A DNA stretch of 64,000 nucleotides from Eledone cirrhosa (Eukaryota). Positions within the stretch are counted from its first letter, which is position 1. Each line of letters begins with the position of its first letter. The position numbers and the translations under genes are program-made. The DNA lies in assembly GCA_964016885.1 (NCBI GenBank), contig OZ024743.1, positions 101,432,001 to 101,496,000 on the forward strand. The letters are read 5' to 3'. The notes under the pieces were generated by a model. It was not told the origin of the DNA, made no database searches, and was given only the letters and a program-made list of their open reading frames with translations. This document shows, one piece after another, positions 26,396-38,759 of the stretch.

Positions 26396-26579
26396 CCCCC
26401 CCCCCTCCTACACACACTTTCAACCGTGAAACTAATACTAACATTTGTACTGCCTCTTCGCTTCCACGATGTCTTTTGGTTTTTTGTTTACTGTCGCAAC
26501 TATAAAGTATATATTTGTGTATATATATATATACAACAGTAGTAACCGACAAACAATTCTACTGATATAAACAAAGTGT

Positions 26580-26710
26580 AAAACAACAAAAACAGAGCCT
26601 ATGCCAGTCAACAGAGGCATATCTCAAGGAGACTTCTGCCTAATATTAACATTACTATCTGAAACACTAGACAGAACTGGGCTAGGGTATAAATACTACA
26701 ATGGGAAAAT
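26580..26710 (+). pseudogene. tiny RT fragment, R4/Dong-like
   Basis: [31 protein letters not shown] resembles the GIFQGDSLSPLLFCL..PLS..L..TGYGY segment with SLSPLL deleted. Confidence 0.5.
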
Positions 26711-26736
26711 ATATATATACACAAATACATACGTAC

Positions 26737-26775
<39 letters not shown>

Positions 26776-27158
26776 AATATATATGAATATAAATATATAT
26801 ATATATTTGTGTATATATATATGTATACACACAAATATATATGAATATAAATATATATATATATATATATTTGTATATATATATGTACATATATATATGT
26901 ATATATATGTATATATATGTATATATATGTATATATATATATATGTGGGGAGGGTCATATTTGTGTAATATTGCCAGAATTAATAACAGAACACACTCAC
27001 TGTTTGGTTGGTTTTCGCTTCTCGCTGTCTTTTATATCGGTAATCTAACTTACTCGGTCCTCAATGTTGCCATTGACTGACCGACGGTCAAAAATAATAC
27101 AGATACAATATAGACACAAACATAGTTTATCATAAATCTTTCGTTGCACATCTGCAAC

Positions 27159-27196
<38 letters not shown>

Positions 27197-27239
27197 ATAG
27201 ATGTATATATATGTATGTATATATATATTTGTATAGTTG

Positions 27240-27270
<31 letters not shown>

Positions 27271-27335
27271 GTATGTATGTATATATATATATGTACATAT
27301 ATATATATGTATGTATTTATATATATATATATATG

Positions 27336-27917
27336 TGAACCACGCCAGTACACACGACAACACGGGACCAACCCACTGAGTGAAAGACCCAGGGGGATAA
27401 TAGGCAATAGAACCGGTCCCATTAGGCAGCCCCGCGGCCGCTTGGAGGGACATGCACCCCTGATTGAGGAGCATGACCCTACTAAAAAGTGTAATTGCAG
27501 AAGGAAGGACAAATGCCCACTAGCTGGACACTGCCTTATTAGGAACGTGGTATATGCTTGTAACGTAACCACAGGCACGTATACTAAGACGTATGTGGGA
27601 TCAACCGCTAACGAGTTCAAGACGAGGTTCAACGCCCACCAACATAGCTTCCGATATGAGAAGCTTAAAAATACCACGTCGTTAGCGGGGCATATACATA
27701 GCTTAAAACAAACAAAAACCCCTACACACTAAGCTGGAGATGCCTTACTAAAGCTCCTCCATATAGCTCGTTGAGCAGGTGTTGTAGCCTGTGCCTATCT
27801 GAATCTCATGCCATAGTATTCTCAGAACTCAACTTGCTCAACAGGAGATCAGAAATCTTCTCGTCCTGCCCCCATACCATACTTAGCTCTTTCTTTTTCT
27901 TCAGACTAGACACATAG
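27336..27917 (+). pseudogene. Penelope-like element GIY-YIG endonuclease (Naiad-type), 5'-truncated, one frameshift
   Basis: [50 protein letters not shown]; after the shift at ~27720: [35 protein letters not shown]. Confidence 0.85.
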
Positions 27918-29126
27918 CCCTGACACCACCCAGTCCTGCACTTGGCGGCCCCGCTGGCGAACAGGGTGCTCTTTAGTAACCCCGGCCGCATGGATGCCTC
28001 GGCTCCCCGATTGGCGATGGGGACCCTGGTGAGGAACAGACGACCCTGTGTCCCACTTGCCAACCTGGGATTGGTGGCAACATTGTTGCTGGGCACCCTG
28101 GGGGCAGCTGATGCCTGCGATGTAGGACATTGTGAGTGCCTGGAACCACGTTGACTAATCTGGGAACGTGCCGTCGAAGATGTATGTCAACAAACTCGAG
28201 AACATGCCCAGGGAAACAGTAACAAAACACCCAATATGGCGGCCGCTCCCTGCATATCGCCACTCACCCCCACCCCCTCCCTTAGTAAACCCCCGCCCAA
28301 ATAGATGCCCCTCCCCATTCTTTTGAGTTGGTTCTTTATTATCAGTGATTAGTTCTTTACTAATAGGAATTTTTTGTATTTTACCACAGTCGACTTAATG
28401 GGCTTGGAGAGTTGACTCCCTTGAAGTCTGACCACTCGATAAGTTAGGGGTTGTGCCTCTTGAACAGGGGTGTGTATAGCTGGTCTGCCTGTTGTCTGCT
28501 ACTACCCGAGACTAGACACGGTCGTAGCCACAGGCCAGCGCGTGCGCGATAGCATAGAATGTATATTTTCTGCTAGTCACCCCGTGTAATACGATACCCT
28601 AAGATTCCATGCATGAGATTCACCGAAGCATGCGCAGTCTTAACCGGGAGATGACATGCCAACTTGAAAATACCACAAGCGAGACCCTCTGGATAACGTA
28701 GACGCCGGACCATACCCGCAAATATATACCCTGATCTGTCTTGAATATACAGGGCTGACGGAATATGGATAACACGACCACCATCTAAGCTGGGACCGAC
28801 CCATACAGCAAACAAAGAGGGGGACAGCCCTTCGCTTTTGACCAGTCGCGTGTGGGCTTGGAGTTCGTAATATACCACCCCAGTCAAATCCACACTGGTT
28901 TTTTAACAATATAGCATGTAGACCAATACATCCTACGTAGCGAGACCTTGGACTTAGAACCGGCAGGCTGGTCTATCGCGAAAGCGTACAACCCCTGAAA
29001 CTAAAAGATCGAACGGACCACATCCAGCAACCACTGGCTATTAGATCCACAGGTAGATCTCCCAGAGAGTCCACGCAGCTGATAGTGAATCCCAGTTGAT
29101 CCATAAACTTTTAAACAAGACCAGCT

Positions 29127-29214
29127 GTGCCTGGAGCTATGCAGATGACTACATACGCATAATGGATATCGTGCCTGGAGCTATGCAGATGACTACATAC
29201 GCATAATGGATATC
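29127..29214. repeat. perfect 44-bp tandem duplication
   Basis: GTGCCTGGAGCTATGCAGATGACTACATACGCATAATGGATATC x2. Confidence 0.9.
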
Positions 29215-29245
29215 GCGCCCACACGGTCACCAGTACTGTTCATCC

Positions 29246-29493
29246 TGTTGTATGTATGTAAATATCCGTGCGCGGGATATCCCTGAGTACATTTTCTTGA
29301 CCATCAATTGTTAATCGATTGTTTGTTAATTAGGCAGGAATATACCATTGTGTCTGTGCTAATATATGTGTTGCTGTGTATGTGTAAAGTATCCGAGCGC
29401 GGGATATCCCTGAGCTAATTTTGCCTGACTGTTAATAGTGTTTTGATTACTTGTTAATTAGGCAGGAATATATATTATTATGTCTTTGTTAAT
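29246..29493. repeat. diverged ~125-bp tandem duplication
   Basis: GCGCGGGATATCCCTGAG and TTGTTAATTAGGCAGGAATATA each occur twice. Confidence 0.8.
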
Positions 29494-30425
29494 CCTGTAT
29501 CAATAATTTTATAATAATTTTTTGTGATAATACATTGTTAGATTACTGAAGCTACCTTATACCTTCTTAAAAATACATTTTATAATTATTGTCTTTTTAC
29601 TTATGTATTTTCTTATTTACCACTTTCTTTAATCTTGCCCAACTTGATAAACTCCTTGAATTGCTCCCTAATTAAATTACTTAAATTACTTAAATTATTG
29701 TATCTATTATGCCTAAGTTGTATCTGTTGAAGCAGCCCTTTGAAAATTCCCCGGATATCCCAAATACCGTAATTTCTAACTTTTAATGTATAATTTTCCT
29801 CAATTCGTTTTTATATATATCCTTAAAGGCTCTCTAAAATTTTAATTCTTCGAAGGGTCTCTCGGAAGAAGTTCCTATTAAAAATATTAAAGGGGCCTTT
29901 TCTGAGAGAATTATAGAAGGCTCTTTGAATTAACCTTTAATTGATTAGTTTCTTTCAACTTAGAAGGGAATATCAAAACTTCGTAAGTTTTCTGAAATTT
30001 GTAAACGTGATCTCGGGGGAAGAAGGTTTTTTTTCTTTCGGAAAAAAATTTTTTTTCTCTAGAAGGAATTTCATAGGAAACTTTATATATTTTTTAGGGA
30101 AACTTTATATTTTTATTTTTTATTTTATTAGCCTCTTAATTTCTTCTAGTCTAGTAGGTTTATTGGAGCCTGTAAGCTTTATGCACTTATTGAGGGATTT
30201 TCTAAGGTGCTTCTACGGGACCCCAAGTCTTTTAGTTTAATGTTAATGCGTAAATTATATATTATCTAATTTTTAAACTTCAATCCCTGACCCCGACAAC
30301 TAATATAAAAGAGCCCCCTTAGAATATAGACCCCAACTATACAGGCGGAGTTGCTGATGTATACCACAATTTCAAACTGCTAGCCTTGAGTGATACGTTG
30401 ATGTAAATAATGATCACATATTATA

Positions 30426-30472
30426 TGCCTTGAAAAGTCCCACCATGTGGTCGGACGAAACGGCTGTCGGCA
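30426..30472 (+). ncRNA. degenerate hammerhead, probable 3' terminus of the Penelope-like element
   Basis: TGCC-TTGAAAA-GTCC..GGAC-GAAA-CGGCTG-TC-GGCA; all stems pair but the CTGANGA core has two substitutions. Confidence 0.6.
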
Positions 30473-30693
30473 ATAAACTTGTTATAATGTCATAATAGTT
30501 CATTTGTTCTTTTTCACTAATATTTCTGCTCTGCGTATACGCATAGAGCTTAACTAGCTACCGTCACATATTTGGTAGGTCAGACGTGATCATCGCGATT
30601 CACATACGACCTACCATACATCTTACTTATATGTATGTATATATATATAAATGTATGTATAGATGTATGTATATATATATATGTATATATGTA

Positions 30694-30729
<36 letters not shown>

Positions 30730-30797
30730 TATATATATGTATGTATATATATATATGTATATATGTATGTATATATATATATGTATATATATGTATG

Positions 30798-30832
<35 letters not shown>

Positions 30833-30907
30833 GTATATGTATGTATATATATATATGTATATATATATATATGTATATGTATGTATATGTATGTATATAT
30901 ATATATG

Positions 30908-30944
<37 letters not shown>

Positions 30945-30949
30945 GTATG

Positions 30950-31038
<89 letters not shown>

Positions 31039-31074
31039 GTATGTTTATATATATATGTATGTATATACATATGT

Positions 31075-31650
31075 CAGGTCACCAGTTGGTGCTACTGGTA
31101 ACATGTATCCCAGTACAACCTGTCTCATGGTCGGGTCGTTGGCGACTAAAATGGAAACCCAACCAAGGTTTCTTGGTGAGGAGGGTGACTTTGGACATCC
31201 TGCAGGACTAAAAACAAAACCTGTCAAAGGGCAAAGGGGCTCTTAGGAGCCATCCAAAATCACCGGGAGAGATGACCCCTTAGGCTTTGTCAAGGCAGAA
31301 TTCTAGGAGAAGGAAAACTCTGATATAACACCTGCAACCCTGATGGTATCCAATGATGTTGACTTGTTGTTCTTTTTGGTAAATATCATCTTGGTTAAGA
31401 GAGTGGGACTGGCTTTGTGCAGTGCCTTTGCTCACTATAAAAGCTTCACGACACAGGCATTGCTTTATATCTGGAGATCTCTCTGCACTTATCGTCACAT
31501 GGTACCATGGGCCCAGCACTATGTGTCAATAATTGTACCAGAGTTTTCAAGTCACTGGCTGGACTAAAAAGTCACTCGTTCAGCGCATCGGTAGGGGTTC
31601 TACATGGATATAAAGTAGTGGCCGTACTCGAAAACGAGTTGGCAGCCACC
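31075..31650 (+). mobile_element. probable internally deleted RTE derivative (5' UTR + zinc-finger 3' end)
   Basis: CTAGGAGAAGGAAAACTCTGA resembles an RTE 5' UTR motif (from memory); [15 protein letters not shown] resembles the last finger of the RTE at 15058. Confidence 0.45.
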
Positions 31651-31737
31651 ATATATATATGTATGTATATATATATATATATGTGTGTATATATATGTAT
31701 ATATATATATATGTGTATATATATATATATATATATT

Positions 31738-31783
<46 letters not shown>

Positions 31784-31790
31784 CAAGTAA

Positions 31791-31886
31791 GACCCCGACC
31801 GCTGAGCTCAAGCCGTTTCGACGGCTAATTCTGGACTGAATGAAAATTTATTCTGGTATTTAAATAGCCGAGCTTATCAAGGGGTA
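31791..31886 (-). ncRNA. degenerate full hammerhead of the 3920-4038 / 2179-2216 family
   Basis: Minus strand: ACCCC-TTGATAA-GCTCGGCTA..TAGCCGTC-GAAA-CGGC..GCGG-TC-GGGGT. Confidence 0.6.
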
Positions 31887-32440
31887 ATTCCATATATGGT
31901 CAAAGAGATAATCACCAGGATTGGTCACATCACAAGTTAGTAGTAAATCTGTGATGGCAAATTGGTAGGAGAAGGGGTAGCTGAACCTGCCGGTAGGAGA
32001 AAAAGGGAGTGGGGGTGGAGTAGACCCATTCATGCGTTGGTATTGCCGGCTACAGCTGGGTGTGAGGTCAAAGAAGATAGTGGGGAGGGGGAGGGGGAGG
32101 AAGTCGAAACGGTAAGTAGAACAATGTAGGGTAAAACTATAAAAAGTACTGAGTGGGTTAATCGGCCGGGTGCACCGAAAACGATAAACGGAAAAAATGA
32201 AACGAAATTTCATTTCCCACTCTTAGTACGGCTGTTACTTAAATATAAGTATGTATACGTATATGTATATATATATACATACATGCACACATATATATAT
32301 GTACGTATGGATTCACCGAACATTTATTATAATATATATATATATATGTATATATGTATATATATATATATGTATGTATATGTATATATGTATATCTGTA
32401 TATATATGTATATATGTATATATATATATATATGTATATA

Positions 32441-32501
<61 letters not shown>

Positions 32502-33070
32502 ATATATATATATGTAGGAGGTGAGTTTTATTGTAGTACAATAAAGCAATGCCGATATCGGATAAGAAGCACTCTACAGTTTGTAGGACTGGAGTATACA
32601 TAATATATAAGAACAAAAGATGGTTAAAAGAGTTCCATGTATTTTATTATGCGCATTTCAAAAACAAATATCATCATGCAATAATATTTGTGTTTTCATC
32701 AGATAAAACAGGAAGACATGATATGAAGGTTAAAAAAACACTTGTGGATAGTGCAGTTTTAAATCAACATATGATAAGTAGTTTTAGATTGATGTGTGAT
32801 ATTGGGAAAAATATTTTATTTTGAGGGGGGGGGGAGGATGAAAAAGAGGAGGAGATGAGAGTAGAAAGTGGAGAGGGTGGAGTATAATTAGGAAGGATGA
32901 GATAGGAGGAGAGATGGGTGATAGAGAGAGAGAGATAGCTTTTATAACTGAGAAAGATATATTGTTTTACATAGAGAGGTTGAAAACCGTTGGAAGATAA
33001 TGTATAAATTAAAAGAATTTGAAAATTAACGAAGAGAAAAATAATGTAAAGTTAAGGTTTGTATATTGAG

Positions 33071-33240
33071 GGGTTTAATAATATGTGCGATGAAAAGAAA
33101 ATGTTAATATGTATTAAGAATAATATTTAAGGGCTTAATAACATGTGCGATGGAAAGAAAAAGTTAATATGTATTAAGAATGATATTTAAGGGTTTAATA
33201 ATATGTGCGATGGAAAGAAAATGTTGATATGTATTATTAA
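33071..33240. repeat. 60-bp tandem repeat x3
   Basis: GGGTTTAATAATATGTGCGATGGAAAGAAAATGTTAATATGTATTAAGAA at 33071, 33131 and 33191. Confidence 0.85.
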
Positions 33241-33322
33241 AAAGAACAACAGGTAATTTAAGTAAGGATATATTGTGAGATGAGCATGAATGAGTTAGAT
33301 GAAAGGGAGAAAGGAATAATGA

Positions 33323-35680
33323 ATTTATTTTAATTTATTTTATTTTATTTTATTTTATTTTATTTTATTTTTATTTTATTTTATTTTATTTTATTTTAAT
33401 TTATTTTCTTTTATTTTATTTTAGTTTATTTTTATTTATTTATTTATTTTATTTTATTTCATTTTATTTTATTTTCTTTTCTTTTATTTTATTTTATTTT
33501 GCTTTATTTTATTTTATTTTATTTTAATTTATTATATTTTAAATATTTATTTATTTAATTATTTATTTTATTTTATTTTATTTTATGTAATTATTTATTT
33601 TATTTTATTTTATTTTATTTATTTATTTATTTATTTATTTTATTTTATTTTATTTCATTTTATTTTATTTTATTTTATTTTATTTTATTTTATTTTATTT
33701 TGCTTTATTTTATTTTATTTTATTTTATTTTATGTAATTATTTATTTTATTTTATTTTATTTTATTTATTTATTTATTTATTTATTTTATTTTATTTTAT
33801 TTTAATTTATTATATTTTAATTATTTATTTATTTAATTATATATTTTATTTTATTTTATTTTATTTTATTTTATTTTATTTTATTTTATTTTATTTCATT
33901 TTATTTTATTTTATTTTATTTTATTTTATTTTATTTTATTTTGCTTTATTTTAATTTATTTTATTTTATTTTATTATATTTTAATTATTTATTTATTTAA
34001 TTATTTATTTTATTTTATTTTATTTTATGTAATTATTTATTTTATTTTATTTCATATTATTTTATTTATTTATTTATTTATTTATTTTATTTTATTTTAT
34101 TTCATTTTATTTTATTTCATTTTATTTTATTTATTTATTTATTTATTTATTTATTTTATTCTATTTCATTTCATTTCATTTTATTTCATTTCATTTCATT
34201 TCATTTTATTTTATTTTATTTTATTTTATTTTATTTTATTTTATTTTGCTTTATTTTATTTTATTTTATTTTATGTAATTATTTATTTTATTTTATTTCA
34301 TTTCATTTCATTTCATTTCATTTCATTTCATTTCATTTTATTTTATTTTATTTTATTTTATTTTATTTTAATTTATTTTATTTTATTTTATTTTATTTTA
34401 TTTTATTTTATTTTATTTTATTTTATTTTATTTTATTTTATTTTATTTTAATTTATTTTAATTTATTTTATTTTAGTTTATTTTTATTTATTTATTTATT
34501 TATTTATTTATTTTATTTTATTTTATTTCATTTTATTTTATTTTATTTTATTTTATTTTGCTTTATTTTATTTTATTTTATTTTAATTTATTATATTTTA
34601 AATATTTATTTAATTATTTATTTTATTTTATTTTATTTTATGTAATTATTTATTTTATTTTATTTTATTTTATTTATTTATTTATTTATATTATTTTATT
34701 TTATTTCATTTTATTTTATTTCATTTTATTTTATTTATTTATTTATTTATTTTATTTCATTTCATTTCATTTCATTTCATTTCATTTCATTTCATTTCAT
34801 TTCATTTCATTTTATTTTATTTTATTTTATTTTATGTTATTTTATTTTGCTTTATTTTATTTTATTTTATTTTATTTTATTTTCATTTCATTTCATTTCA
34901 TTTCATTTCATTTCATTTTATTTCATTTTATTTTATTTTATTTTATTATATTTTAATTTATTTTATTTTGTTTATTTTATTTTATTTTATTTTATGTAAT
35001 TATTTATTTTATTTTATTTTAATTTCATTTCATTTAATTTCATTTCATTTCATTTCATTTCATTTCATTTTATTTTATTTTATTTTATTTAATTTTATTT
35101 TATTTTATTTTATTTTTTTATTTTAAATTATTTTATTTTATTTTATTTTATGTAATTATTTATTTTATTTTATTTTATTTCATTTTATTTTATTTTATTT
35201 TATTTTATTTTATTTTATTTTATTTTATTTTATTTTATTTTATTTTATTTTATTTTATTTTATTTTAATTAATTTAATTAATTATTTAATTAATTAATTA
35301 AGTTAATTTTAATTTAATTAATTAATTAATTTTAATTTAATTTAATTAATTGAATTAATTCATTAATTAATTAAATTATATTTAAATTAATAAATTAATT
35401 AATTAAAATAAATTAAAATAAAATAAAATAAAATAACGCAAAATAAAATAAAATAAAATAAAATAAAATAAAATAAAATAAATAAATAAATAAATAAATA
35501 AAATAAAATGAAATAAAATAAATAAATAATTACATAAAATAAAATAAAATAAAATAAAATAAAGCAAAATAAAATAAAATAAAATAAAATAAAATAAAAT
35601 AAAATAAAATAAAATAAAATAATTATAATAAAAATAAATTTAATTAATTAATTAATTAATTTAATTTAATTTAATTTAAT
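33323..35680. repeat. (TTTTA)n/(TTTCA)n/(TTAA)n AT tract with a strand flip near 35270-35400
   Basis: TTTTA orientation switches to AAAAT; marker words (TTTATGTAATTATTT, TTTTGCTTTATTTT) reappear inverted. Confidence 0.9.
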
Positions 35681-38220
35681 ACCCGGAAATAACTGGAAAT
35701 ACCCGGAAACACCGGAAATAGCCCACTGCGCACTGCGCATGCAACAAGGTTGGACAGCACTGCGCATGAGGTAAGGTTGGACCGTAATGCGCATGCACGA
35801 CGGTTGGGCCGTACTGCGCATGAGCGAAGGTTGGACCGTAGTGCGCTTGCGCAAAAATTGGACCGCACTGCGCATGCGCCAAGTTTTGACAGCACCCCGC
35901 ATGCGCTAAGGTTGGACTGTAGTGCGCATGCGCGAATGTTGCACCGTAGTGCGCATGCGCGACGGTTGGACCGTAGTGCGCATGCGCGAATGTTGGATCC
36001 AACTGCGCATGCGTGAAGGTCGGACAGCACTGCGCATGCGCTAAGGTTGGACCATAGTGCGCATGCGCGAAGTTTGGACCGTAGTGCGCATGCGCGAAGG
36101 TTGGACCGTAGTGCGCATGCGCGACGGTTGGACCATAGTGTGCATGCGAGTCGGTTGGACCGCACTGCGCATGCGCAAAGTTTGGAGCGCACTGCGAATG
36201 CGCCAAGTTTGGACAGCATTTGCGAATATTGGATCCCACTGCGCATGCGTGAAGGTTGGACCATAGTGCGCATGCGCTAAGGTTGGACCATAGTGCGCAT
36301 GGGCGAATGTTGGACCGTAGTGCGCATGCGCGACGGTTGGACCATAGTGCGCATGCGCGAAGGTTGGACCATAGTACGCATGAGCGACGGTTGGACCGTA
36401 CTGCGCATGCGCGAAGTTTGGACCGTACTAAGCATGCGCAAAGGTTGGACCGCACTGCCAATGCGCCAGTTTGGACAGCATTGCGCATGCGCTATGGTTG
36501 GACCGTAGTGAGCATGCGCGAAGGTTGGACCGTAGTGCGCATGCGCCAAGGTTTGACAGCCCTGCGCATGCGCTAAGGTTGGACCGTAGTGCGCATGCGT
36601 GAAGGTCGCACCATACTGCGCATGCGCGAAGTTCGGACTGTACTGCGTATGCGGGAAGGTCGCTCTGCACAGCGCATGAAGGTTGGACAGTACTGCGCAT
36701 GCTTTAAGCTTGTACCATAGTGCGCATGCGCGAAGTTGGACCATAGTGCGCATGCGCTAAAGTTGCACCGTACTGCGCATGCGCGACGGTTGGACCGTAC
36801 TGCGTATGCCCCAAATTTGGACAGCACTCACGCACGTACGCACGCACACACACACGCACACACGCAATCACGCACGCACACACGCACGAATGCACACACG
36901 CACACAAGCACGCACGCAATCACGCACGCAATAACGCACGCACACACGCACACACGCAATCACGCACGCACACACGCAATCACGCACGCACGCACGCACG
37001 CAACTACGCATGCACGCACGCAATCACGCACGCACGCAATCACGCACGCACGCAATCACGCACGCACGCAATCACGCACGCACGCAATCACGCACGCACG
37101 CACGCAATAACGCACGCACGCACGCATTCACGCAAGCACGCATTCAAGCACGCACGCACTCACGCACGCAATCACGCAAACACGCAATCACGCACTCAGG
37201 CACGCACACACGCAATAATGCACGCACGCAATCACGCAATCACGCACGCAATAAGGCACGCCAGCAATCACGCACGCACGCAATCACGCACACACACACG
37301 CACGCATTCACGCACGCACGCAATCACGCACGCACGCAATAACGCACGCACGCACGTACGCAATCACGCACGTACGCATTCAAGCACGTACGCATTCAAG
37401 CACGCACGCACTCACGCACGCAATAACGCACGCAATAACGCATACACGCAATCACGCACTCAGGCACGCACACATGCAATCACGCACGCAAGCACGCATC
37501 TCACGCACGCAATCACGCACGCACGCAATCACGCACGCACGCATGCAACAACGCATGCACGCCCGCAATCACGCACGCACGCACACACGCAACCACGCAC
37601 GCAGCGTGATTACGTGCGTGATTGCGTGCGTGATTGCGAGCGTGCGTGATTGCGTGCGTGTGTGATTGCGTGCGTGCGTGATTGCGTGTGTGCGTGATTG
37701 CGTGCATGGGTGCGTGATTGCATGCGTGAGTGCATGATTGCATGCATACGTAATTGTGTGCGTTCGTGCGTGTTTGCGTGCATGCGTGCGTGCGTGATGC
37801 GTGCGTGCGTGATGCGTGCGTGCGTGATTGCGTGCATACCTGATTGCAGGCGTGCGTGATTGCGTGGGGACCGTACTGCGCATGCGCGAAGGTTGGACCG
37901 CACAGCGCATGCGCTAATGTTGGACCGTACTGCGCATGCACAGTGCTGTCCAAACTTGGCGCATGCGCAGTGCGGTCCAACCTTCGAGCATGCGCAGTAG
38001 GTCTAACTTCGCGCATGCGCACTGCGGTCCAACCTCGAAACCAGTTTCCTTTCGTTTGGTTTTTTAGGTTCCCCGGTTTCGTCTCGTTTCAGTTTTTTAG
38101 GTTCCCTGGTTTCATTTCGTTTGGATTTTAGGTTCCCCGGTCTCATTTCGTTTGGTTTCATAGGTTCCCCGGTTTCGTTTGGTTTGGTTTTTTAGGTACC
38201 CAGGTTTCGTTTCGTTTTTT
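35681..38220. repeat. subtelomeric module A
   Basis: CCGGAAAT 10-mers; ~40 x 27-mer AAGGTTGGACCGTAGTGCGCATGCGCG; CACG array 36828-37865 with a flip at ~37603; flipped 27-mers; T-rich ~28-mers. Confidence 0.9.
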
Positions 38221-38759
38221 AAATTAAATTAAATTAAGTTAAATTAAATTAAATTAAGTTGAATTAAATTAAATTAAATTAAATTAAATTAAATTAAATT
38301 AAAATGAATTAAAACAATTAATTAATTAATAAAATAAAATAAAATAAAATAAAATAAAATAAAATAAAATAAAATAAAATAAAATAAAATAAAATAAAAT
38401 AAAATAAAATAAAATTAATTTAAATTAATTTATTAATTAATTAATTATTTAATTTAATTTAATTTATTTTATTTTATTTTAATTTATTTTAATACATTTA
38501 ATTAATTAATTAATTAAAATTTAATTTAATTAATTAATCAATTAAATTAATTAATTAAATTAAATTTAAATTAATTAATTAAAATAAAATAAAATAAAAT
38601 AAATAAAATAAAATAATTAATTAATTAATTAATTAATTAAATAAAATAAAAATAAAATAATATAAAATAAAATAAAATAAATTAAAATAAAATAAAATAA
38701 AATAAAAATAAATTTAATTAATTAATTAATTAAATTAATTTAATTTAATTTAATTTAAT

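Noticed and set aside
27336-27917. Selenocysteine-encoding Naiad
   Set aside because: All conserved Cys positions visible here are TGT/TGC; there is no in-frame TGA in the endonuclease fragment.
27942-28154. Small ORF with a hydrophobic stretch and CxxxxCxC
   Set aside because: Non-ATG start in the ORF track, short, no recognisable family.
2381-34956. YIYI / ILFYF ORFs
   Set aside because: Translations of (TA)n and (TTTTA)n microsatellites.
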